Source: Patescibacteria group bacterium (lineage in GTDB: Bacteria; Patescibacteriota; Microgenomatia; UBA1400; PJMF01). Taken from it: a stretch of 64,000 nt of DNA. The DNA lies in assembly GCA_016861205.1 (NCBI GenBank), contig BOKX01000001.1, forward strand, positions 8,539 to 72,538, written 5' to 3'. Each line of letters begins with the position of its first letter. Positions within the stretch are counted from its first letter, which is position 1. Positions 40,722 through 48,790 of the stretch are shown piece after piece. A model generated the notes under the pieces. It was not told where the DNA came from and did not search any database. It saw nothing but the letters and a program-made list of their open reading frames with translations. Position numbers and translations under genes: made by a program.

Positions 40722-41927
40722 TTAAGCAACCTGCGGGTTGGTGGGCTCAGTGCCATAGGCCTCAAACTTAGCTAGCACCCCGGCAGCTAGGTGGATAAGC
40801 TCGGCGAGCAGTTCACGACGCCGATCGCCACTGATGATTTGAAAGTCTTCTTTGCTGGGAAAGTTCTCGATTATGAAGTTAAACAGATCTTGAGCAGTTT
40901 GGCCCAACTCGCTCAGCTCAGGATGTTCAAACAAAATCATATCGATAATTTGGCAGGCTGAGAGGATTTGGTTGACAGTGCCCCATCGCAAGCGGTTTTC
41001 ATTGTAGGTATCACTAAAGATGGTGCCAAACTGTTTGACCATGTCTTGCTTCCAACCGGTTCGACCGCCTTTACTACCCGGTTCACCGTGGTTATCGCCA
41101 AATCCGTCGACGATTTCAGGTCTGGAAATCATGGTTTGCAAGTATCCCAAAGCAAGTTGGAGCTGTTGTTGGTCACTATCACTCAAGGATGAGAAGTGGT
41201 CGCTGTTGATGTGGTACTGGCGTTCACCGGAAGGCACAATTCGGCAGTGGCCACGACCTTTGGTGCCGTACCGCAAGATAAAGTGCATTTGTTCAGTTTG
41301 GCTGAGTTGTTGATCCTCAAATAACGTTCGCAATCGGCGTGCCACCGCCGGGGTAATCCGGCGCAACTGAACTTGGTCGCTGACTGGGGGTTGTGCAAAG
41401 TCATCGAGAACATCACGAATAGTCACTAAAAACTCTTGATCACCGGCGGGACTTTTGACTAGCTCGAAGGTGCGAATGACACCGGTCTGTTTTAACTCGG
41501 CGAGCACAACTGCTTGATGCGAGGTGGCAGTAATGGTGAAGCGGTGCAGATATAGCTCGTCACTGATTCGGCCGATGATCTCGCGGGTCAACTCAATTTT
41601 TTCAGTCTGACTAGCATGGTCGGCAGTGGCGACAGCCAGACCTTCGAGGTGGTTTGAAAAGCCTGGTCGACGGCCAAAAATGGCAAAACCAACGCCAATC
41701 GGTCGATCATGGCGATGAGCCGTCATCATAAAGCTGTTTTGCTTCACGACTGGGGCAGTTCTCAGCTGAGACAGTGTCTCAGCGAGCGCCTCACTGGGAG
41801 GTTGGAGCGTGGCCAGAGTGGCTGATACTTCTCCCAACTCAACGTGATTAGTCACTTGATATCTGGCCAAACCAACCATTTCCGGACCAGTTGTATATGC
41901 GGTTTCAACATTAACCATAAGCGGCAA
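40722..41927 (-). CDS. Hypothetical protein
   Basis: 401 aa ORF, convergent and abutting the previous gene. No confidently recognisable domain. Confidence 0.4.
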   Translation of the reverse strand: MPLMVNVETAYTTGPEMVGLARYQVTNHVELGEVSATLATLQPPSEALAETLSQLRTAPVVKQNSFMMTAHRHDRPIGVGFAIFGRRPGFSNHLEGLAVATADHASQTEKIELTREIIGRISDELYLHRFTITATSHQAVVLAELKQTGVIRTFELVKSPAGDQEFLVTIRDVLDDFAQPPVSDQVQLRRITPAVARRLRTLFEDQQLSQTEQMHFILRYGTKGRGHCRIVPSGERQYHINSDHFSSLSDSDQQQLQLALGYLQTMISRPEIVDGFGDNHGEPGSKGGRTGWKQDMVKQFGTIFSDTYNENRLRWGTVNQILSACQIIDMILFEHPELSELGQTAQDLFNFIIENFPSKEDFQIISGDRRRELLAELIHLAAGVLAKFEAYGTEPTNPQVA

Positions 41928-41952
41928 TTATACTCGAATTTGAAACAATTTT

Positions 41953-42645
41953 CTACTTTAGGCCGATTCGTTCGGCAAAAACCAGTAGTCTTTTACTAGT
42001 AGTACCCGGTGGCCAACAGGTTTGCAGAACTATTGTTTCTGCGGAGTACTCTTGCTGTAAAAAGCTGACATCGTCGGGATTGACCACCTGACTGTGGGTC
42101 ACTCGGTACTCATAGCGTTGCTCATCGTGCCAAATAAACACTTCGTCATCAGGCTTGAGTTTGCCGAGCAAGTAAAACACGGCGTTGTACTGGAATCGCA
42201 AATCTGGACTCGATGAATGGGCAAAGTAGTACCCTAAGCCAGGATTATCAGGAATAGCTGTCCCGGAGGCCTGTGCGATTCCCTGGCGCAAAGCTTTGGT
42301 GTACTGGGCTTTGTTGTTTGGATCAACGTTAAAGATGACTGGTTCATCGAGTTGCAGCCGCGGAATAGTAATGCCATACGCTTGATGGCGGCTTTGGCCA
42401 CGTAGGTCAAGAATGCCTTCGAAGTTGGGAATAATCAGCTGTCGAATATCCTGGACGCCAAACACCCCACTGAGTACCTGTTGAAACTGATACTTAGTCT
42501 CTACGACGAGGACGGGAATGTACGTTAGGCTCAGCCAAGCCATGAACACCATGATCAAGGTAGCTGAAGTGATGGTGATAAACCAGTCAGAACTAATGAG
42601 GTGGCGAAGGTAAGTGCCTGCCGACTTGGGCCGTAAACCGGACAT
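41953..42645 (-). CDS. Sortase (transpeptidase)
   Basis: N-terminal TM anchor and catalytic-Cys block IVLQTCWPPGTTSKRLLVFAE (TLxTC-like). Adjacent to a cell-wall-sorting-signal protein. Confidence 0.75.
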   Translation of the reverse strand: MSGLRPKSAGTYLRHLISSDWFITITSATLIMVFMAWLSLTYIPVLVVETKYQFQQVLSGVFGVQDIRQLIIPNFEGILDLRGQSRHQAYGITIPRLQLDEPVIFNVDPNNKAQYTKALRQGIAQASGTAIPDNPGLGYYFAHSSSPDLRFQYNAVFYLLGKLKPDDEVFIWHDEQRYEYRVTHSQVVNPDDVSFLQQEYSAETIVLQTCWPPGTTSKRLLVFAERIGLK

Positions 42646-42654
42646 AGAGAAAGT

Positions 42655-43848
42655 TTAGCGAATCCAGCGCTTTTTAGCCATCTGGAGGCCAATTCCGGCC
42701 AATCCACTGCTTGCCCCAATCATCGAGATCACAGTTGGCATACCAGTGTCAGGCTGCTTTGTCAGTGGCTTAGTGTTGATGTAGATGGTTTTTTGACAGG
42801 TGTTGTCGCCCCCGCGCCATTGATCAGAGCTGTCTAAGACATAGGCTTTGACCGTGTAGGTGCCGGCAGTTTCGTAGCGTTGCTCGAAAGTTTGGCCATC
42901 ACTCTCTTTGGTGATACCGTTGCCAAAATCGAGTTTGTAGCGCTTCAGGTTACCCTTGTTGTCGTAACCAGTGACTTTGAAACTAACGGTACTAGGTGCT
43001 TGCGCATTGTTGCCTGCCGTTACGAATAGGTCACTACAGGCAGCTTTGTGTGACTCGACACTTGAGCTCTTGACCGTGACGCGAGTTTCACAGCTGCTGT
43101 TGGTTCGCCAGTTGCCTTGACTGTCTTTAACGTCGACTCGAGCCACGAACGAGCCAGAGGTTTCGTAGGTGTGTTGGATTTCGGCTTGGTCGGTTTCTTC
43201 TTGTTTGCCATCACCGAAGTAGTATTTGTAGCGTTGAATCGAACCTTTGTTGTCACTGGCTCGCGCACGCAGGGTGACTTTGGCGGGCACAGTTTGGTTG
43301 TCACCACCCACCACAGATAGCTGTTCACAGCGACTCTGGTGAGCTACGGTGGGAGTTGCTTTAACACTAGGTGTTGGCTGTGGAGTAGCAACTGGGGTTG
43401 GTTTTGGGGTAGCCACAGTCTCGGCTTTTTTGACACTGAGGTAGTCAGTGTTGCCGCAGTTGTTGATAGTGGCTGACTGACAAATAAAGCTGTAGCGCCC
43501 ATTTTCAGGTACGGTGTAACCGCGCAGTTCTGGTTGATTGCTGACGCGTTCTTTTTTGCCACTGGGTAGCCGGACTTCGATGTAGCCACCGAGCAAAGTT
43601 GACTTGCCGTTTTGGGCAAAACAGTTCACGTCAATGCGGTCCCCTACCTTGAGGCCAGCTTCGGTGATCTGGGCACCGTTAATCCAGGGCTTGTCGCCAG
43701 CAGTGCTGACACGGAACTGGGTATCGACTGGTTTGACACTTTGGCAGCTGGGGGCTGGGTCGGCACTGCTGTTTGCTGCCGAGCTGCCCTGGGGCAAAGC
43801 CAAGGTTAGAGCAAATAACGTTACGAGGATGAAGAAAATGCGACGCAT
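42655..43848 (-). CDS. Secreted surface protein with two PKD-like repeats and C-terminal sorting signal (QPDTG + TM + KKRWIR)
   Basis: Signal peptide present. Repeats YKYYFGDGKQEETDQAEIQHTYETSGSFVARVDVKDSQGNW and YKLDFGNGITKESDGQTFEQRYETAGTYTVKAYVLDSSDQW. C-terminal KQPDTG followed by a hydrophobic stretch and a basic tail. Confidence 0.65.
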   Translation of the reverse strand: MRRIFFILVTLFALTLALPQGSSAANSSADPAPSCQSVKPVDTQFRVSTAGDKPWINGAQITEAGLKVGDRIDVNCFAQNGKSTLLGGYIEVRLPSGKKERVSNQPELRGYTVPENGRYSFICQSATINNCGNTDYLSVKKAETVATPKPTPVATPQPTPSVKATPTVAHQSRCEQLSVVGGDNQTVPAKVTLRARASDNKGSIQRYKYYFGDGKQEETDQAEIQHTYETSGSFVARVDVKDSQGNWRTNSSCETRVTVKSSSVESHKAACSDLFVTAGNNAQAPSTVSFKVTGYDNKGNLKRYKLDFGNGITKESDGQTFEQRYETAGTYTVKAYVLDSSDQWRGGDNTCQKTIYINTKPLTKQPDTGMPTVISMIGASSGLAGIGLQMAKKRWIR

Positions 43849-43917
43849 AATGTTATAAGTACTATATAACTAGATCATTATACCGGTTTTTGGGGAAAAT
43901 GTACATGTTGGTGGAGT

Positions 43918-45009
43918 TTACCCCACAATCACGCCCCCGCCTCGGCAGATCAGAGTTTCGCGTGGACCGCCCGCCTGGTAGATAACCGCCGACTGGCCTT
44001 CAGCTACGCCTTGTAGGGGTTGGCTAAACTGGACCTTGGTGCCAGTCAGGGTGGCTGGGATGAGTTGACCGGTGTGACGAATGCGGACCAAAACTGGTTG
44101 CTGCAAGTCTGGCTGACTAATCCAGTGCCAGGCTCTCACCTCGAGGTGGTCGCGGTAGGTTTCAGGTCCGAAGCCCACTACCAGCTGGTTGCTGGCTGGT
44201 TCTTTGCGGATGACGTAAAACGGTGGCAAAAGATGCTTGTTAACCTCTGTCCCATCTGGCTGAGTGACGACCAACTTGGAGTTAACGGTAAAACCGTGGC
44301 GTTGCCCAACGGTGTAAAACCACAGACCTTTGTGCTGGCCAATCACGTTGCCTTGGACGTCGACTACATCGCCAGGGTTTTCGCCGAGTCGGTCTTTTAG
44401 AAACTCATGGACATTGATGTCGCCAATAAAACAGATGCCGACTGAGTCTTTTTTGGCCGCAACACCCAAGCCTCGTTGTTCGGCTTCAGCCCGAACCTCT
44501 GGCTTTGTGAGATGGCCAATCGGAAACAGGGTGTGTTTAAGCTGTTCTCCACTCAGGACATGGAGGAAGTAGGTCTGATCTTTGTGAGTATCGGTGCTGG
44601 TCAGCAACTCGCCAGGAGCGGCTTGGTGGTCAACCTGGGCGTAGTGCCCAGTTGCGACATAGTCAAAACCATGAGCCATTGCCCAGTCGTAGAACAGGCC
44701 AAACTTAATTTCTTTGTTGCACATCACATCGGGATTTGGGGTGAAGCCTGCCTGATATTCGTTGAAAAAATACTCAACCACGCGTTGCCGGTAGGCATCT
44801 TTAAAGTCCAAGACCTGAAATGGGATATCGAGGCTCAAGGCTACTTTCAAAGCGTCTTGCCGATCGGCATCGGTTCGGCAACCTGGGGCGCGCCAGCACT
44901 CGAGATACACGCCAGTCACGTCGTACCCCTGGTCGACGAGCAAATGAGCTGAGAGTGATGAGTCTACCCCACCGGACATACCGAGGGCGACCCGTGGTCG
45001 TGATGACAT
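43918..45009 (-). CDS. mnmA: tRNA-specific 2-thiouridylase MnmA
   Basis: PP-loop SGGVDSS, MnmA blocks (CNKEIKFGLFYDWA; QTYFLHVLS), and the C-terminal beta-barrel. Start at MSSRPRVAL. Confidence 0.9.
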   Translation of the reverse strand: MSSRPRVALGMSGGVDSSLSAHLLVDQGYDVTGVYLECWRAPGCRTDADRQDALKVALSLDIPFQVLDFKDAYRQRVVEYFFNEYQAGFTPNPDVMCNKEIKFGLFYDWAMAHGFDYVATGHYAQVDHQAAPGELLTSTDTHKDQTYFLHVLSGEQLKHTLFPIGHLTKPEVRAEAEQRGLGVAAKKDSVGICFIGDINVHEFLKDRLGENPGDVVDVQGNVIGQHKGLWFYTVGQRHGFTVNSKLVVTQPDGTEVNKHLLPPFYVIRKEPASNQLVVGFGPETYRDHLEVRAWHWISQPDLQQPVLVRIRHTGQLIPATLTGTKVQFSQPLQGVAEGQSAVIYQAGGPRETLICRGGGVIVG

Positions 45010-45038
45010 AGGCGCACAGACGTTATTAGAACCTATAA

Positions 45039-45824
45039 TTATAGCGGATAGGTCAGTGAAATAAAAGGACACGCCTCGGTGGCGAATCGAGCCACTTCCC
45101 AGGTGCCAGTCCAGTTGGTTGGTGTCAGGGCATATAGTGCCCACTGTGGACCGGTGGCCAGCGTGCTTTGAGCGTAAAACACAACGGTGCCGTCCTCGCC
45201 GAGAGGCACTTCGGAACTCAAGGGTGTTTTGCTCCCAAAAGAAGGTTGATAGCCAAATCGAAGTTTGTAGTCCAGATAGCCAAGAGTGTTAACTACGCCG
45301 AAGGCGTTGCGCGACTGTCCGGCTGATAACAGTTGGATGCCCCGCTGGTGCATCTCGCGCAGGAAGAGATAGTCGATCACTGCCCCGAGTGAGGAGTTGG
45401 CAGTGTTCGTCAAATCCAGGCGATCGGTGGCTTTGAAGGCAAAGGTGGCTTTTTCGGTGCCGTTGACGGCAAAAATCCCCGACCCCACCAACTTGCCCTG
45501 CTGATACATGAGGAGGCCCAACACTTTTTGTCCAAGCGCCGTTTTTTTGGCAAACCACTCCTGGCTAGCAATCACGTCGTACTGGTTCTCCAACATTTTT
45601 TGCTGATAGTACTCCAGCCAGCTGCCAAACTGCTCAGCCGAAAGTTCCTCCAGAGTCCAGGTGATTTGTTTGGCGGCCAACAGCTCATCCACATTGGACA
45701 GGAACTTGCGCAAACCCTTGCTCAGGATGTGCGGGGTCACACTTTCGTCAGGAGTGAGACTGGGAAATCGCCAGCGAATTTTCTCTGGTCGGGTCAGATG
45801 GTACGGCTCTAGGTTGACGGTCAT
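45039..45824 (-). CDS. Hypothetical protein, possibly FemAB/CelD-like GNAT-fold (Acetyltransf_6-like)
   Basis: 261 aa. The C-terminal block LGAVIDYLFLREMHQRGIQLLSAGQSRNAFGVVNTLGYLDYKLRFGYQP weakly resembles the FDFGRGDE.YKERFGA signature of the Acetyltransf_6 family. Its start overlaps the stop of the upstream ATP-grasp gene by 4 nt. Confidence 0.3.
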   Translation of the reverse strand: MTVNLEPYHLTRPEKIRWRFPSLTPDESVTPHILSKGLRKFLSNVDELLAAKQITWTLEELSAEQFGSWLEYYQQKMLENQYDVIASQEWFAKKTALGQKVLGLLMYQQGKLVGSGIFAVNGTEKATFAFKATDRLDLTNTANSSLGAVIDYLFLREMHQRGIQLLSAGQSRNAFGVVNTLGYLDYKLRFGYQPSFGSKTPLSSEVPLGEDGTVVFYAQSTLATGPQWALYALTPTNWTGTWEVARFATEACPFISLTYPL

Positions 45825-46855
45825 ACTTTCTCAAGCTCTGGAAACATCTGGTACAACAAAACCTGAGCCACGTTGCGAGCGGGGCCCTTCATGGGGTAGT
45901 GGTGGATGCTGTAGTGGGGGCCAGCGTTGACTTCGATGACGAAGTTTTTGACCGTGCTTTGATCAGCTGTTAGGTCCTCAGTCATGAAGTCGAGACCAGC
46001 GAATGGTAACTCGGGTATGGCTTGGATGGCTTTGAGGGCAATTTCCTTGACTGAAGGGTGTGCCTCGTCAGTTAGGTCAACGCTGTCGCCGCCTTGTGAT
46101 AAGTTGGACACCAGTTTCAGAAACACTTGTCTTCCTGCCTCAAGTACACTGTCAGCTGTCAGGTTCTGTTGTTTAAGTAACTCGAGCGAGTCTTCTTTCA
46201 ACATAACGTGAGGGTAGGGATCGTCGTGTTTGGGGTTGATGTTGCGCAAAGGATCTTGGTTTTTGATCTCGATCAGTTCGGCAATGGTATGCTGGCCATC
46301 CCCCACTACGTTGGCTGGAATCCGAGCCATGATTGCCAGGACTTTGTCAGGTGTTAACGTAATCCGATACTCGTCGCCACTGACTTGTTTTTCGAGCAAA
46401 AAGCCTTGGTCAAGATTGATGGCAGCCTGTCGAACGGTTGGTAAGTGTTTGGCAACATCGTCACGGTTTTGCAGGTTGGTATACACGGCACTGCCGTTAT
46501 TGCCATGGGAAGACTTCAAGACGACTGGATAGCCCAAGGCATCAGCCGCTGCCAAAACTTGGTCATCAGTGGCCTCTTGCGAAAAATGCTGGCCGTCGGC
46601 AATCGTGACACCCGCTTCCTGCAGAAACGTGCGAGTGATGCGCTTGTCCAGACAAGCATAGTACGAGACAAACGTGGTGTTGGCTGAAAACCCACCAAAG
46701 AAAAACCGCTTCTTGCCTTGATAAGTCAGCTCAAATAAGCGACTGCTGTCGATTTGCCGCCAGCTGACGCCGTGTTTTTCGGCCTCTTCGAGCATGACGC
46801 GTTCTTTAGTGCTGATATTTTCTTCATTTCTGAACTGCATGGCACTCATAGTCAC
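45821..46855 (-). CDS. ATP-grasp ligase resembling the N-terminal (Asp-adding) module of cyanophycin synthetase CphA (paralog 2)
   Basis: Blocks YPVVLKSSHGNNGSAVY, PANVVGDGQHTIAELIEIKNQDPLR, ANLSQGG, and the C-terminal VIEVNAGPHYSIHHYPMKGPARNVAQ. Compare CphA PAHVTGDGTSTITELIDKTNQDP / VIVEVNAAPGFRMHVAPSQGLPRNVA. 4-nt overlap with the next gene. Confidence 0.7.
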   Translation of the reverse strand: MTMSAMQFRNEENISTKERVMLEEAEKHGVSWRQIDSSRLFELTYQGKKRFFFGGFSANTTFVSYYACLDKRITRTFLQEAGVTIADGQHFSQEATDDQVLAAADALGYPVVLKSSHGNNGSAVYTNLQNRDDVAKHLPTVRQAAINLDQGFLLEKQVSGDEYRITLTPDKVLAIMARIPANVVGDGQHTIAELIEIKNQDPLRNINPKHDDPYPHVMLKEDSLELLKQQNLTADSVLEAGRQVFLKLVSNLSQGGDSVDLTDEAHPSVKEIALKAIQAIPELPFAGLDFMTEDLTADQSTVKNFVIEVNAGPHYSIHHYPMKGPARNVAQVLLYQMFPELEKV

Positions 46856-47835
46856 TTCACTTTCTGTTCAATCATTTCTAGAATCGCCGAGGCAACATCT
46901 CGGGGCTGACCTTGAATAGGATAGTGGTGCATTCTCAGGCCGGGTGAAGCGTTGACTTCAATGACTCCAGCGCGAGTTTGATTGACAATTGGGGTGGTTA
47001 AGTCCTGACACATGATGTCGATACCGATCACATTCAGGTCGCAGGCTCGAGCGATGGTTTCAAACAAAGTCTTGTTTTCTGGGCAGACCTGGTCGGTTAC
47101 ATCCCAGGCTTCGCCGCCGGTGGACAGATTGGCAGTTTTGCGCAGAGCCACCTCTTGGCCTGGGGGGACAACTGCCTCAAGCTCCAATTTCTGGTCGGCC
47201 AGATTTTGACGAACGGTGTCATCAACTTCAATTAAGGTTAGGTTGTAGGTGTGACCTTTACCGCGCCAGGGGTGTTGGTTTTTGATCTCGATTAGTTCGG
47301 CAATCGTGTGTTCTCCGTCCCCGACCACATGGGCTGGTTTGCGAAATGCCACTGCGACTAGCTGGTAGTCGACACAGACTACCCGATACTCAGTCCCCTG
47401 GAGCATTTCTTCACAGATCGACTCTGGTTGCTGTTGCCCTAGCCAGAGTTCGCGGACCGCCGCCGCGTCGGCTACGCCGACGCTGACGTCTTTCCCGTGG
47501 CGACCACCGACTGGTTTGACCACTACCGGGAACTGAAGTTGAGACAACTGGTCAAAATCCGCTTCCGACTTGATCAACACAAATGGCGCCGTGGGCAACT
47601 GAAAGTGGCTTAGGACGAGCTTGGTGAGTGGTTTGTAGTCAGCGATAGTTTTGCCGACTGAGGACTGCCAACTGGTTCTCGAGCCACGGGTGTACCATTG
47701 GTGGCCGTTTTTTGACATCAGGATTGTTTGGCGATCGCCCAACAACTGACACTCGATACCACGCTTGGCCGCGGTTTCAGCCATGATGCGGGAGCTGGCT
47801 TCCAAGGGTGGGCGGTTGGTGGTGGTTTCAGACAT
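46852..47835 (-). CDS. ATP-grasp ligase resembling the N-terminal module of cyanophycin synthetase CphA (paralog 1)
   Basis: FPVVVKPVGGRHGKDV, PAHVVGDGEHTIAELIEIKNQHPWRGKGH, ANLSTGG, GVIEVNASPGLRMHHYPIQGQPRDVASAILEMI. Shares the identical HTIAELIEIKNQ stretch with its neighbour. 8-nt overlap with the upstream DUF1704 gene. Confidence 0.72.
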   Translation of the reverse strand: MSETTTNRPPLEASSRIMAETAAKRGIECQLLGDRQTILMSKNGHQWYTRGSRTSWQSSVGKTIADYKPLTKLVLSHFQLPTAPFVLIKSEADFDQLSQLQFPVVVKPVGGRHGKDVSVGVADAAAVRELWLGQQQPESICEEMLQGTEYRVVCVDYQLVAVAFRKPAHVVGDGEHTIAELIEIKNQHPWRGKGHTYNLTLIEVDDTVRQNLADQKLELEAVVPPGQEVALRKTANLSTGGEAWDVTDQVCPENKTLFETIARACDLNVIGIDIMCQDLTTPIVNQTRAGVIEVNASPGLRMHHYPIQGQPRDVASAILEMIEQKVK

Positions 47836-48790
47836 GAGGCACTTCCTCTATCACTTGATGAAATTGATTTTTGACACCGATTTCATAGATACCTTGACGA
47901 TACTTGGCTAGGTCATCAAAGAAACTAGGATACAACAACTGCTTAGTTTCGGCTGTGGGGGCATATTTGTCAATCTCCTCGAGACTAATCCGACCCAAGT
48001 AGAGGTGATAGGGATTGTGAGACTCATCTTGGAGCCAGTGCCAGATCTGTAAACAACCCTCGAGGTAGCAAATATCCTTAGTTGGACCACCGGGCTGGGA
48101 TGTGTCTGTCAAACCGCGTTTTGCCCGCAGTGTATGAAGCCAAGACATGCGTTCACTGATGCCCAAAGCGCGAAGCTGGGCATAGGTCTCAGTAAATGAG
48201 TACCGCTGCGCCAGCCAGGTGGTGAGGTATGTTCGAAAGGTTTTGCGCATGTAACGGCCGCTAAACAGGTTGGTATGAAGGCCGGCCAAGCCTTCTTCAG
48301 TACGGCGGAAATGGTCGTCAGCCGCTGTGTAATCCGGCCAGTTTTGGAGTTGATGATTATGAATGCGCAGGTAATGCGTTTCGAGTTCATGGCGGTACAC
48401 ACCTTGGAACTCGAGAGGTGAGTAGATCAGGGGCAGCCGAAACTCGATCTTATCAGGTGAAACTCGACACTGTGTGACCATTTGGTCAGTAAAAACGACT
48501 TTGAGCGGCTCTTTCAGCCGATAGGCGTGATTAAACTGGTCGATCGCTTCTCGAATACTGGCTTGGGTGACAATTTCAGTCTTTGGTTTCCAGGGGTCAA
48601 CTGTATTGATGTGAATGATCATTTCTCGAGCAAACTCGGCCAACCGGTCCTTAGGGAGTCCCCAGGCATGCAGTTGATCGGTTGCGATGTTCTGTCGGTA
48701 GGTAAACTGGGGATTATAGGTTTGGTCGGCCAAAAAATGGTTGTACTCTTCAACCAAGTTAGTGGGTGTCAGGTGCGAAATAATCTGCAT
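47828..48790 (-). CDS. DUF1704 'QEGLA-motif' family protein, putative metallocarboxypeptidase (MATCAP-like)
   Basis: HExxxH-type motif HELETHYLR followed by the family-typical EEGLA (RRTEEGLAGLHTNLF). 320 aa, a length typical for the family. 1-nt overlap with the upstream ATP-grasp gene. Confidence 0.6.
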   Translation of the reverse strand: MQIISHLTPTNLVEEYNHFLADQTYNPQFTYRQNIATDQLHAWGLPKDRLAEFAREMIIHINTVDPWKPKTEIVTQASIREAIDQFNHAYRLKEPLKVVFTDQMVTQCRVSPDKIEFRLPLIYSPLEFQGVYRHELETHYLRIHNHQLQNWPDYTAADDHFRRTEEGLAGLHTNLFSGRYMRKTFRTYLTTWLAQRYSFTETYAQLRALGISERMSWLHTLRAKRGLTDTSQPGGPTKDICYLEGCLQIWHWLQDESHNPYHLYLGRISLEEIDKYAPTAETKQLLYPSFFDDLAKYRQGIYEIGVKNQFHQVIEEVPHV

